Assembly (NCBI GenBank): GCA_965207065.1
Contig: OZ242260.1
Span: 3,392,001 to 3,456,000 of the forward strand
DNA from: a bacterium
GTDB lineage: Bacteria; UBA8248
Length of the DNA: 64,000 nucleotides
Direction of reading: 5' to 3'
Shown here one piece after another: positions 47,368 through 57,141 of the stretch (position 1 is the first letter of the stretch; every line of letters starts with the position of its first letter). Position numbers and translations under genes: made by a program. The notes below the pieces were generated by a model, which was not told the DNA's origin, did no database searches, and was given only the letters and a program-made list of their open reading frames with translations.

Positions 47368-47955
47368 TTGCACCGTCTGGCGACGACTTTCGTACTCGGG
47401 TATCACGGGTGCGACGAGTCCGTGGCCGAATGGCTTCTCGGCGGAGAACCATTTCAAAAAAGCAAGAACGATTATGACTGGCTCGGTCCCGGAATCTATT
47501 TCTGGGAAGCCAACCCGCTCCGTGGTCTTGAATACGCGACTGACCTGCAGAGCACTACCTGGGGTTCCGATATCACGACTCCTGCAGTTGTTGGTGCGAT
47601 TATCGATCTAGGGCACTGTCTTGATCTGATGAACTCGGCTGGTATCAGGCAAATTCAGGCCGCATACGTAACATACATTGCAAATTGCGAAGCTGCCGGG
47701 TATGAACCCTTAAAAAACTCACCGGATGTACACCACCTTCAGCGACCGTTAGATTGCGCGGTATTTGCGCAGTTGCATGCAATTCGAAAAGACAACATGG
47801 AACAACCTATAGACACCGTGCGCGGGGTCTTTGAGGAAGGCGAGCCGGTATATGAGGGAGCTGGTTTCCGGGCGAAATCCCATATCCAGATTTGCGTCTG
47901 CAACACCTCCTGCATCAAGGGCGTGTTCCGGGTGCCGCAAGAGCAACTGATTTAG
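47368..47955 (+). CDS. Hypothetical protein with ADP-ribosyltransferase-like motifs
   Basis: GYHGC, DWLGPGIYFWE and C-terminal HIQICV resemble H-Y-E/Q clade ART strands; visibly AT-richer than flanking genes. Confidence 0.55.
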   Translation: MHRLATTFVLGYHGCDESVAEWLLGGEPFQKSKNDYDWLGPGIYFWEANPLRGLEYATDLQSTTWGSDITTPAVVGAIIDLGHCLDLMNSAGIRQIQAAYVTYIANCEAAGYEPLKNSPDVHHLQRPLDCAVFAQLHAIRKDNMEQPIDTVRGVFEEGEPVYEGAGFRAKSHIQICVCNTSCIKGVFRVPQEQLI

Positions 47956-48034
47956 CGGAGACATTTCCTCCATACCAGGAGCTGTTGAAAAAGCTCTGCA
48001 AAGGGGTAGTTGGTCCTCGTATCGAGAGTGCTCA

Positions 48035-48064
48035 TCGTCATTCCGGCGAAAGCCGGAATGACGA
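48035..48064. repeat. REP-like hairpin (GTCATTCC type)
   Basis: Perfect 13-bp stem tcgtcattccggc-GAAA-gccggaatgacga. Confidence 0.7.
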
Positions 48065-48141
48065 GCAAAACCGTGCCATTTCGCAGTTGGCCGTTCTTGT
48101 GAAAGGGCTAAGGTCGCAGCCCGATAGACAATCCTTGGAAA

Positions 48142-48223
48142 TGTAGGGACAACCCCTCCTCGGGGTTGTCCTGCCCCCTGTGGTCGTCCCTCCTCAGGAC
48201 AGGCACGGGGGCCTGTCCCTACA
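48142..48223. repeat. Inverted pair of GTAG-type REPs (REPIN-like)
   Basis: TGTAG-GGACAACCCC..GGGGTTGTCC and inverted GGACAGGC..GCCTGTCC-CTACA. Confidence 0.7.
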
Positions 48224-48345
48224 AAACCTCAACTTGCAGGGATACCATGCGGACTTTTTCAACAACCCTCACAAGGGGGAGTGATGTCTACTCTCTCCCC
48301 GGTTGGCTCGATAGGATGAATTGCAATTTAGGTTTTTATTAACAA

Positions 48346-48404
48346 CCGATATCACGGCCTCTGTGATTGTCGGGGCGATCATCGACTTGGGATTTTGTCT
48401 TGAT
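48346..48404 (+). pseudogene. Fragment of a diverged homologue of the ART-like gene
   Basis: DITASVIVGAIIDLGFCLD versus DITTPAVVGAIIDLGHCLD at 47567-47625 (14/19 aa identical). Confidence 0.7.
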
Positions 48405-48656
48405 TCGACTCTCCATTACTCCTTCTTTCGTCTCTCCTTGAAGCATAAAAAACTTGTAACCACACAGCATGATTTACTTGCAAGTGCACTGATGAAACGT
48501 GATAGCCCCCATCTGGAGGTGTCATGTTCATCTCACCGCCCCAAACCCCTTCCCCCTTGCGCATCGCTTCGCCTTGGCGTTATGGTGAGAACATAAAATG
48601 GCAGGATAAAAATGGAAAAATTTTCCTTACAACGCTGAATCAGGAGGAATCGGGGA

Positions 48657-49847
48657 ATGTCGGATAAGGATATCGTTTTTCTGGGCGGAGCGCGGACGCC
48701 CTTCGGCGCGTTTCTGGGCACCTTGAAGGAGAAGTCGGCCACCGAGCTGGGCGCGCTGGCGGCGAAAGAGGCGATGACGCGCTCGGGCGTGACGCCCGAG
48801 GACATCGACCACACCGTGGTGGGCAACGTCATCCAGTCGAACTCGGACGGCGTCTACATCGGCAGGCACGTGGCCCTTGCGGCGGGCGTTCCGCTGGAGC
48901 GGCCCGGCTATTGCGTGAACCGCATGTGCGCCTCGGGCTTCCAGGCCGTGGTGAGCGGCGCCAAGGAAATTATGACCGAAGACGCCGACGTGGTGCTCGC
49001 CGTGGGGGCGGAGAACATGAGCCTCACGCCGCACGTCATCAGAAACTCGAGAACCGGCATGAAGCTCTTCCAGGCCCCGATGGAGGACGGCCTCTACACG
49101 GCGCTCACCGACACGATGGCGAACGTGCCGATGGGCATCACGGCGGAGAATCTGGCCGATAAATACGACCTGCACCGGGAAGGAGTGGATGAGTTCGCAG
49201 CCCTAAGCCAAGCGCGCGCGCACGACGCGTGGGAGAGCGGACGGCTGGCGGAGGAATGCTTCGCGGTCGAGGTGAAAGAGCGCAGAAAGACCATCACGTT
49301 CGACCGCGACGAGCATCCCCGGGCGGATTCGAACGAGGAATCGCTCGCGCGGCTCAGGCCCGCGTTCAAGGAAGACGGCGTGGTGACGGCGGGCAACGCG
49401 AGCGGCATCAACGACGGGGCGGCGGCGCTGGTCATATCTTCGAGAGCGGCGGCCGAACGCCTTGATCGTAAACCCATCGGAAAACTCGTCTCCTGGGGCG
49501 TTTCAGGCTGTGATCCGAAGATCATGGGCATCGGCCCTGCGGAGAGCAGCCGCATCGCACTCAAAAAGGCGGGACTCCAGCTCGACGACATGGACTTGAT
49601 CGAGATAAACGAGGCTTTCTCGGCCCAGTATCTGGCGGTGGAAAAGGAATTGGGACTCGACCGCGAGAAGACGAACGTGAACGGCGGCGCCATCGCCATC
49701 GGCCACCCCGTGGGCGCGAGCGGCGCAAGGCTCACCCTCACGATACTGCACGAGCTGAGACGCCGGGGCGGGAAGTACGGTCTCGCGGGCGCGTGCATCG
49801 GTGGCGGCATGGGTCTTTCGGTGATCGTAGAGGCGTATGGGGAGTAG
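48657..49847 (+). CDS. Acetyl-CoA acyltransferase (thiolase)
   Basis: NRMCASG, TAGNASGINDGA, EINEAF, GHPVGASG, CIGGGMG. Confidence 0.96.
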   Translation: MSDKDIVFLGGARTPFGAFLGTLKEKSATELGALAAKEAMTRSGVTPEDIDHTVVGNVIQSNSDGVYIGRHVALAAGVPLERPGYCVNRMCASGFQAVVSGAKEIMTEDADVVLAVGAENMSLTPHVIRNSRTGMKLFQAPMEDGLYTALTDTMANVPMGITAENLADKYDLHREGVDEFAALSQARAHDAWESGRLAEECFAVEVKERRKTITFDRDEHPRADSNEESLARLRPAFKEDGVVTAGNASGINDGAAALVISSRAAAERLDRKPIGKLVSWGVSGCDPKIMGIGPAESSRIALKKAGLQLDDMDLIEINEAFSAQYLAVEKELGLDREKTNVNGGAIAIGHPVGASGARLTLTILHELRRRGGKYGLAGACIGGGMGLSVIVEAYGE

Positions 49848-50064
49848 AGTTGCCCGACACGGATCGTTACAGCGCGCGGCGGAAATGGACAGCAGAGTTT
49901 CAGGGGAGGAAAACGCCGGTTTGGTCCGAGTCGTTGCAGTTGCAACGGGTAGTGTTTTAAGGCGGATCAATTCAGTAAATATCGATAAAATCAGGTAAAT
50001 TCACGAGGGTTTTCCGAAAATTGCATATGCTCTCACTGGACTCAAGAGATAAGGCGGTAAGATA

Positions 50065-50847
50065 TTGAATTATAATAACTTGATATACGAAACGGACGGC
50101 CCGGTAGCCACGTGCACGTTCAATCGACCCAAGGCGTTAAATGCTTTGAATACAGAGACGTTGGATGAGCTTGCTCACCTGGTATCTTCTTTCAGTGGAG
50201 ATAACGATCTGAAAGTATTGATATTAACGGGTTCGGGCGATCGGGCATTCATCGCCGGCGCGGACATCAAAGGCATGGTGGGGCGCACGCCCCTCAGCGC
50301 GCGGTGGTTCTCGGAGCATGGAACGAAAATCCTGAGATCGCTCGAAACCATTGGAAAACCAACGATTGCGGCGGTGAACGGATACGCGCTTGGCGGCGGC
50401 TGCGAGGTGGCGATGGCGTGCTCGATCCGGATCGCGTCGCCGAACGCGCTCTTCGGACAGCCGGAGATCAACCTGGGCATCATTCCCGGCTACGGCGGCA
50501 CCCAGCGCCTCCCCCGCCTCGTCGGCACGGGCCGCGCGCTGGAAATCCTCATGACGGGCGACCCGGTAAATGCCGAAGAAGCCCACCGTATCGGTCTGGT
50601 GAACAAGGTATGCGAGCCAGACGCCCTGATGGATGAGGCGAAAGCCCTGGCGCAGAAACTGGCGTCCAAGAGCAAACCCGCTATCGAGTTGATTTTACAG
50701 GCTGTACACGGCGGCCTGGAGGGTGGCCTCGAGGAGGGTTTGACGCTCGAAACAGAGAAATTCGGTCTGGTGAACAGCACGGAAGATTCACAGGAAGGCC
50801 TAGGCGCGTTCATCGAGAAACGAGCCGCAAAATTCCAGGATCGCTGA
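50065..50847 (+). CDS. Enoyl-CoA hydratase (crotonase)
   Basis: NRPKALNAL, AGADI, GGGCE, GQPEI.LG..PG.GGTQRL. Confidence 0.95.
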   Translation: MNYNNLIYETDGPVATCTFNRPKALNALNTETLDELAHLVSSFSGDNDLKVLILTGSGDRAFIAGADIKGMVGRTPLSARWFSEHGTKILRSLETIGKPTIAAVNGYALGGGCEVAMACSIRIASPNALFGQPEINLGIIPGYGGTQRLPRLVGTGRALEILMTGDPVNAEEAHRIGLVNKVCEPDALMDEAKALAQKLASKSKPAIELILQAVHGGLEGGLEEGLTLETEKFGLVNSTEDSQEGLGAFIEKRAAKFQDR

Positions 50848-51329
50848 TGCCCGGCTCCAAGGCTGATTCCAGGAAACGAAGCAAGTCGAAAAATGGCAAC
50901 GGCAGTCGCCGCATCTGGAAGACGCCCGAGCAGAGACGCCTCGAAAGGGACGCCCCGCAAGTCATTCCGATGTACAAGACGGAAAAAGAACGCCGCCTCG
51001 ATGAAATCCAGAAATGGATGGACGAAAATCTGCCACCCCCCGAAACGCCCGAGTGGGAGGCGCTATGCACCGGTTGCGGGAAGTGTTGTTACGACAAGGT
51101 GTGGGAAGGCGACAGACTGCTCTTGCTGACGAGCGCGTGTCCGCAGCTCGACCACGAGACGAACCGCTGCCGCGTATATGCCGAGCGTTTCGATATTGAG
51201 CCGCTGTGCCTGCCGATCGGGCCTGAAATCATCGAAATGGGGGGGCTTCCCGAGGATTGTCCCTACGTCGAGAATTATCCGGGCTATCGTGGTCCCAAAG
51301 TCGTCGACAAGAGCCTGGACGAGATGTAG
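50847..51329 (+). CDS. CxxCxxCC cysteine-cluster protein (YcgN/YkgJ-like)
   Basis: WEALCTGCGKCC...C..LD....C..Y..R......C...LP.DCPY. Confidence 0.8.
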   Translation: MPGSKADSRKRSKSKNGNGSRRIWKTPEQRRLERDAPQVIPMYKTEKERRLDEIQKWMDENLPPPETPEWEALCTGCGKCCYDKVWEGDRLLLLTSACPQLDHETNRCRVYAERFDIEPLCLPIGPEIIEMGGLPEDCPYVENYPGYRGPKVVDKSLDEM

Positions 51330-51679
51330 CGAGCCCCCGATGGCTCGTTGTTTCCAAGACCGCGTACTCTCTACATATCCTGGTTAACTCTATCATTACA
51401 ATGCAAATCCACGCCGTTTCGTGTCTTTCGCGGCGCCTGAAGCTATCCTCTAAGATGCATTCCATGCCATAATCGGCCCTTCATATTCTGCCTGTTGGGA
51501 AATTCCTTGAACCGAACCCTAGCGTCCAATTCCGAATCCTCCCAGGCCATTTTCATCGTCATCGTCGTTCGTTTCTTCGAAAACAGGAAGTGTTTGCGGC
51601 GAATTAGCGAAGATGTGTGCGCATCCCAGGTCTTATGGTGTATGAATGAGAGATAAGTTGCTCATAAAAGGTCGATTTC

Positions 51680-52567
51680 TTGCTTGATGCCATTCATCCC
51701 AACATTTTAGCGCTCTGCTGCGCCGCGCTCATCGCCTTCGCCCGCGTATCGCAGCGCTATGCGATTCCGCGCATGAAAATGCACACGGCAAATCTGGTCA
51801 TGGCATGCGTGACGACCACTCTCGGGTGGTTTTTCTTCTGGGTGGAGGGCTCCCTCGACCAGATGCCTTATCAGGGCGTTTTCTGGTTCATGGCCATGGG
51901 GTTTTTCGGGAGTTTCCTGGGCAGGTACATCAATTTCGTCGCGATCCGCTTTACGGGGCTTGCCCGTGCGGCGGTGATGAGCCAGACAGTCCTGGTCTGG
52001 TCGTCTGTTCTTGCCGTTTTCATATTAGGCGAGAGTATGTCGCTCCAGAAAGCGGGTGGCATTCTGGGCGTCATGTGCGGGGCGAGCCTGCTTGTCTACA
52101 ACCCCAAAGGGGATAGCGGTCGCAGAATTCCGATTCATTACTATGCGATCCCCATTGCGTCCGCTCTAATGTACGCATTCGCGCATCTGGTGGGGAAATT
52201 CGCGTTCGAGTGGATTTCCTCATCCGCTTTCGGTATGGCGGTCGCCAACACGACCTCGCTCACGCTCCTTTTGGGATTGGCGCCCTTCGTACATAGCCAG
52301 AGCGACCCGCGCGAAAGTGGCGACAACAAAGGGTTGTTCGTCCTTCTCCTTGGGGCCGTACTGCAGGGATTCGGAATTTTCTTTTTCTGGTCCTCGGTGA
52401 AGCTCGGCGAGATTACCCGCGTCATCCCGTTAACCCGCCTGTCCGTCTTGTTGATCATCTTTCTGTCCTGGCTGTTGTTCCGGCAGCAGGAAAACGTGAC
52501 GTGGCGCGTCATCCTCGGCGCATTGATTGCCCTTGCGGGCGCTTTCTTTACCGTGACGGGAAGATAA
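51680..52567 (+). CDS. DMT/EamA family transporter
   Basis: About 10 TM helices in two EamA repeats. Confidence 0.85.
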   Translation: MLDAIHPNILALCCAALIAFARVSQRYAIPRMKMHTANLVMACVTTTLGWFFFWVEGSLDQMPYQGVFWFMAMGFFGSFLGRYINFVAIRFTGLARAAVMSQTVLVWSSVLAVFILGESMSLQKAGGILGVMCGASLLVYNPKGDSGRRIPIHYYAIPIASALMYAFAHLVGKFAFEWISSSAFGMAVANTTSLTLLLGLAPFVHSQSDPRESGDNKGLFVLLLGAVLQGFGIFFFWSSVKLGEITRVIPLTRLSVLLIIFLSWLLFRQQENVTWRVILGALIALAGAFFTVTGR

Positions 52568-52570
52568 GCG

Positions 52571-53452
52571 TTGGTCGATTCCATACATCCCAATATTTTG
52601 GCGCTCATCGCCGCTTGTTTCATCGCCTCCGCGCGCACGCTGTATCGCGCCGGCGTGGCGCGCCTGAGCCCGATTGTGATGAACGTCTTCATGCTCGCCG
52701 TGCAGGTGTGCTTCGGAACGACGTTCTATTTTCTGGAAGGCGGCGTGGCGGATTGGCCGCTCGGGGGACTGCTGTGGTTCGCCGCCATGGGCATATCCGG
52801 CTCCTTCGTCGGACGTTACCTCAGCCTCGTCGGCATGAAATTGGTGGGTCTGGCACGTTCTTCCATTGTCACCCAGACCAGCCTCGTGTGGGCGTCTCTG
52901 TTTGCGGTGGTTTTTGCGGGCGAGCGGATGACGTGGCTCATTGCGCTCGGGACGCTGATCATCTTGGCGGGGTCGATTCTGCTGGTCTATGAAAAGGGCG
53001 AGGTTCAAAGGCGCATTCCCTTGTTTTATTACCTTATCCCTTTGGGAACGGCCGTTTTGTTCGCGATGACGCACGTCTTCGGCAAGTTCGGACTGCAAAT
53101 CATAAAGTCCGCTTCCCTGGGCATGACGGCCGGCAGTGTGACGGCGTTTTGCCTCGCGATGCTTGTCCTGCCATTATCCGTGGAGGGGAGGGCGCCCAGA
53201 TCCTGGGACAAAAAAGGGCTTTTGGCCGTTTTGGGCGGCGCATGTTTGAACGCCATGGCAGCCTTTTTCTTCTGGTCGTCCATAAAAACGGGGGAGATTG
53301 TTCAGATCATTCCCCTGAATCGCCTCTCGGTTCTGCTCATCATTTTTCTGTCATGGGTGTTTTTCAGAAAACAGGAGGCGGTGAACCTGCGCGTCGTCAT
53401 CGGTGGTCTCTTGTCCGTCATTGGCGCCGCCGGAGTCGTTTTGGGCAAATAG
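52571..53452 (+). CDS. DMT/EamA family transporter (tandem paralogue)
   Basis: About 10 TM helices; shares IHPNILAL and RLSVLLIIFLSW.FR.QE.V with the upstream gene. Confidence 0.85.
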   Translation: MVDSIHPNILALIAACFIASARTLYRAGVARLSPIVMNVFMLAVQVCFGTTFYFLEGGVADWPLGGLLWFAAMGISGSFVGRYLSLVGMKLVGLARSSIVTQTSLVWASLFAVVFAGERMTWLIALGTLIILAGSILLVYEKGEVQRRIPLFYYLIPLGTAVLFAMTHVFGKFGLQIIKSASLGMTAGSVTAFCLAMLVLPLSVEGRAPRSWDKKGLLAVLGGACLNAMAAFFFWSSIKTGEIVQIIPLNRLSVLLIIFLSWVFFRKQEAVNLRVVIGGLLSVIGAAGVVLGK

Positions 53453-53593
53453 ATTTTCTTAATGCGAAACGATGCGCGCAAGGGAGTACTCTCCCCCTCG
53501 TTTCTCGCTCTTAATGCTGATAAGGTATTTTTGATGTTGATAAGGTGAGGTTACGGAACGGTTTACTGTATTCGCGTGGGTAAGAGGAATACC

Positions 53594-54583
53594 ATGGTGG
53601 AAGTCGGCATCATCGTCGCGTTGACGCTCAAAGGCACGTACATCGGGGACTACGACAAGTTAAGGGAAATTGCCCAGGAGTCGGAAAAAATCGGCATCCA
53701 TTCTCTCTGGCATTGCGATCATTTCGTTACGCTAGATCCCGCTTCCTACGGGAGCCAGACGGGCTTCGGTTCGACGGAAGAGAAAGAACAATCAGCCGAT
53801 ACCGCGATTCTGGAGCCTTGGACAACCCTCGCCGCCCTTGCTCGCGACACCGAATCCCTGCGCCTGGGCACGCTGGTGACGTGTGTGGGATACCGCCCGC
53901 CGGCGATGCTGGCGAAGACGGCGGCCACGGTCGACGTCATCAGCAAGGGCCGGGTGGATTTCGGCATTGGCGCAGGCTGGATTGAAAACGAATATCATTC
54001 TTTCGGGTATCCCTATCCGAATGCCGCCGTGCGAATCGAGCAACTGGAAGAAGCCATTCAGCTGATACGCACGATGTGGACGGAGCCCGCCCCCTATTTC
54101 GAAGGCGGGTATTTTCAGATGCAAAACGGGGTTTGCGACCCGCCTCCGGTGCAAAAGCCGCATCCGCCGATCTGGACTGGAGGCGAGGGCCCAAAACTAC
54201 TAGGTGTTTCGGCCCGTCAGGCGGATGGCTACAACTGCCGGTGGTGGACGCCAGAGCAGTTTCTGGAGAAAAGACCAGAGATCGAGGCTGATTGCAAGAA
54301 GGCGGGAAGAGACCCCGACGCGATAAGGGCATCTCTCATGGTGATGGTGATTCCCGAAAAAGACCGGGCGGTGGCCAGGGCGGCCCGTGAGAGGCTGAGC
54401 GTGATCCCGGAATCGGGGTGCGTCTATGGAACGCCGGATGATTGCGTGGCGCGCCTCAAGGAATATCTGAAAGCGGGCGTGGATCACATCCTGGTCACTA
54501 TCCCGGATTTGGATTTGAACCCTCACAGATTGACCCTTTTGGGCCAAGAAATAATACCCGCACTTCAAGCGGGTGGAGGATAA
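53594..54583 (+). CDS. LLM class oxidoreductase (probably F420-dependent type)
   Basis: W.CDHF, LEPWTTLAALA..T..LRLGTLV, GIGAGW.E.E, PPPVQKPHPPIWTGG.G. Confidence 0.88.
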   Translation: MVEVGIIVALTLKGTYIGDYDKLREIAQESEKIGIHSLWHCDHFVTLDPASYGSQTGFGSTEEKEQSADTAILEPWTTLAALARDTESLRLGTLVTCVGYRPPAMLAKTAATVDVISKGRVDFGIGAGWIENEYHSFGYPYPNAAVRIEQLEEAIQLIRTMWTEPAPYFEGGYFQMQNGVCDPPPVQKPHPPIWTGGEGPKLLGVSARQADGYNCRWWTPEQFLEKRPEIEADCKKAGRDPDAIRASLMVMVIPEKDRAVARAARERLSVIPESGCVYGTPDDCVARLKEYLKAGVDHILVTIPDLDLNPHRLTLLGQEIIPALQAGGG

Positions 54584-54588
54584 CGGCG

Positions 54589-55734
54589 TTGCCTTTGATG
54601 ACGCACACGGAATTAACGCAAGAAGAATCGGCCCTCCAGGCAGAGGCCCGGGAATTCGCCCAAAAGCGACTTGCACACGGCGCGTTGGATCGTGACCTGG
54701 CGGGTACTTTCTCCTGCGAGTTATACGAAGAGGCGGCCATGGCGGGATTCATCGGCGTCAAGATACCTGAAAGCCTGGGTGGACGCGGCCTCGGATTATT
54801 TGACGAATGCCTCGTCATGGAGGAACTGGCGGGTGGCGACCCGAGTTTCGCGCTGACTATCAGCATCTCGGCTGGCTTGTGCGGCGGCCATTTACTGCAT
54901 CATGGGTCGGTTGCGCAGAAAAATAGCCATATTCCTCACCTCACAAAAGGGAAGATCGGCGCATGGGCGATTACCGAGCGGATCGCGGGCAGTCATGCGG
55001 CGGCTCTCGAGTGCGAGGCAAAGCAGCATGGGGATGCGTATATCATCAACGGCGCGAAAATGTTCGTCACGCAGGGTATGGGTTTTGACAGCCTGGTCAT
55101 CTTTGCGCGCACTTTGGCGGGAAAAGACGGAATCAGCGCGTTTTTAATTGAAAAGGGCGATAGGGGGTGCAGAAGCGTCCCACTTGCACAGACTCTCGGG
55201 ATGCGCTCGGCAGGCACGGCGGAAATATTTTTTCAAAACTGCGAAATTCCGGTGGAGCGTCTCATCGGAGAAGAAGGGGATGGGCTGAGGCAGGCGATGC
55301 AGGTCCTGAACGATGGAAGGGTCGTGCTGAGTGCGATGTGCGTCGGCATAGCGCAGGCGTCACTAGAAGCCGCGGCATCTCATGCCAAGAAGCGCGAAGC
55401 ATTCGGCAAGCCGGTCTCTGATTTCGGCGGTCTGCGGGGCATGATGGCCGATAGCGCCATAGATATCGCTACTTCTCGCGAGATGGTAGTCGCTGCAGCA
55501 AGAATCCGCGACGCGGGAGGTGACAACAGGGAAGAAGTGGCCTTGGCGAAACTTTTCGCGTCAGAAGCCTGTCTTCGCGTATGCGACAGAGGAATACAGA
55601 TTCACGGCGGGTATGGCTACATCGCAGAAACGCCTGCGGGGATGTTCTGGCGCGACGCCCGGGTGTTCACCCTCGGAGAAGGCACGAGCGAGGTGCATCG
55701 CAATCTCGTTTGCCGGCATCTGTTCGATTCCTGA
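54589..55734 (+). CDS. Acyl-CoA dehydrogenase
   Basis: AITE..AGS, INGAKMFVT, GMRS, REAFGK, QIHGGYGY, GEGTSE; start TTG 54589 or ATG 54598. Confidence 0.93.
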   Translation: MPLMTHTELTQEESALQAEAREFAQKRLAHGALDRDLAGTFSCELYEEAAMAGFIGVKIPESLGGRGLGLFDECLVMEELAGGDPSFALTISISAGLCGGHLLHHGSVAQKNSHIPHLTKGKIGAWAITERIAGSHAAALECEAKQHGDAYIINGAKMFVTQGMGFDSLVIFARTLAGKDGISAFLIEKGDRGCRSVPLAQTLGMRSAGTAEIFFQNCEIPVERLIGEEGDGLRQAMQVLNDGRVVLSAMCVGIAQASLEAAASHAKKREAFGKPVSDFGGLRGMMADSAIDIATSREMVVAAARIRDAGGDNREEVALAKLFASEACLRVCDRGIQIHGGYGYIAETPAGMFWRDARVFTLGEGTSEVHRNLVCRHLFDS

Positions 55735-55799
55735 AAGCCGAATCCTTGCTTAGATTCTACTTGATAATGCTCCCACAACCTATTGATAAATAAAACAAT

Positions 55800-56756
55800 A
55801 TGAATGAAAGAAATAAAATACAAATCCCCCAGATTCTGGACGGCATGGTTCGTCCCGCCGCCAGGCTCATCACGCTGGTGGAAGACAACGACCCGCGTGC
55901 GAAGCCCATTTTGCAGGAGCTGTATTTGAAAGGCGGGAAAAGCCTGGTCATCGGCATCACCGGCCCCCCCGGAGCGGGCAAGAGCACGCTTTCCGATCAG
56001 CTGATCGCCCATTATCGCGATCAGGAGAAAAGGGTGTGCGTCATCGCCGTGGACCCGACGAGTCCGTTCACGGGCGGCGCCATTCTGGGCGATCGCATCC
56101 GGATGGGCAGGCACAACACGGACCCGAAAGTCTTTATCCGCAGCATGGCGACACGCGGCCATCTGGGCGGACTTGCCCGCGCGACGGGAGACGCGCTCTG
56201 CGTCATGGACGCCATGGGCTGGGATGTGGTGATCGTCGAGACCGTAGGCGTTGGACAGGGTGAGGTGAACATCATGCAGTGCGCGGACGTGGTCGTTTTG
56301 CTCCAGACGCCCGGCGGCGGGGATCATATTCAGGCGGCGAAGGCGGGAATACTGGAAATCGGCGATATTTTCGTGGTGAACAAGGCGAAGCGAGACGGCG
56401 CGGACCGCACGGTGAAGGAAATCGAGGAGATGCTGGACTTCAAGTTTCATCCCGGCGAGGCGAGTTCCTGGAGGCCCCCCGTTCTGAAGACAGAAGCGCT
56501 CACGGGCGAGGGAACGGAGGAGTTGGTCGCTCAAGTCGAGGCGCGCATGGCCTTTTTGCAAGAACATCCAGATGAGGCCGGGCGTCTGGGACGAGAGCGC
56601 GCCCGCATCACACTCGCGGAAGTGATGAAAGAACTCGCTGTGGAGCGCATGGGAGACGGCGTGCAAGGCGGGCGGGAACTGGATGAACTTCTGGACGCCA
56701 TCGCCGCGCGAAGAGTGGACCCCTACAGCGCAGCCGAGAAGATTCTGGGCGCATGA
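55800..56756 (+). CDS. meaB: Methylmalonyl-CoA mutase-associated GTPase MeaB
   Basis: GPPGAGKS, VDPTSPFTGGAILGDRIRM, ETVGVGQ, VNKA. Confidence 0.95.
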   Translation: MNERNKIQIPQILDGMVRPAARLITLVEDNDPRAKPILQELYLKGGKSLVIGITGPPGAGKSTLSDQLIAHYRDQEKRVCVIAVDPTSPFTGGAILGDRIRMGRHNTDPKVFIRSMATRGHLGGLARATGDALCVMDAMGWDVVIVETVGVGQGEVNIMQCADVVVLLQTPGGGDHIQAAKAGILEIGDIFVVNKAKRDGADRTVKEIEEMLDFKFHPGEASSWRPPVLKTEALTGEGTEELVAQVEARMAFLQEHPDEAGRLGRERARITLAEVMKELAVERMGDGVQGGRELDELLDAIAARRVDPYSAAEKILGA

Positions 56757-56766
56757 GGAGAATGCC

Positions 56767-57096
56767 ATGAAAGATGGGCGGGCGTTCCGGATCGTGTTGA
56801 GCACGGCGGGTTCCGAGGAAGAGGGCGCGTTGCTTGCGAAATCATTGGTCGAGCGTAAGCTGTGCGCCTGCGTCAATCTTGTGAGGGGAGTTCGGAGCTT
56901 TTATCGGTGGGAAGGGGCGGTTCAGGATGATGCGGAAGTCCTGCTCATCATAAAGACCACACAGGAAAAATTGCAGTCTCTCTCCGATCTTCTGGCGGAA
57001 ATCCACAGCTACGACGTGCCGGAGGTGCTGGCCATTGAGGTTGATCAGGGGAGTGCGTCCTACCTCGAATGGCTGGCGGAGAGTTGCGCCGATTAG
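56767..57096 (+). CDS. cutA: Divalent-cation tolerance protein CutA
   Basis: LCACVN, S.YRWEG, HSYDVPE. Confidence 0.93.
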   Translation: MKDGRAFRIVLSTAGSEEEGALLAKSLVERKLCACVNLVRGVRSFYRWEGAVQDDAEVLLIIKTTQEKLQSLSDLLAEIHSYDVPEVLAIEVDQGSASYLEWLAESCAD

Positions 57097-57141
57097 AAGG
57101 CTTCATTCCCTCTCACATTTTCCTGAGCGGGAAAGCTGTAT

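Larger units (their letters stand above)
47977..48269. mobile_element. Putative MITE with nested REP-like hairpins
   Basis: Terminal IR TGTTGAAAAAG (47983-47993) / CTTTTTCAACA (48254-48264); no transposase inside; exact ends uncertain. Confidence 0.5.
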
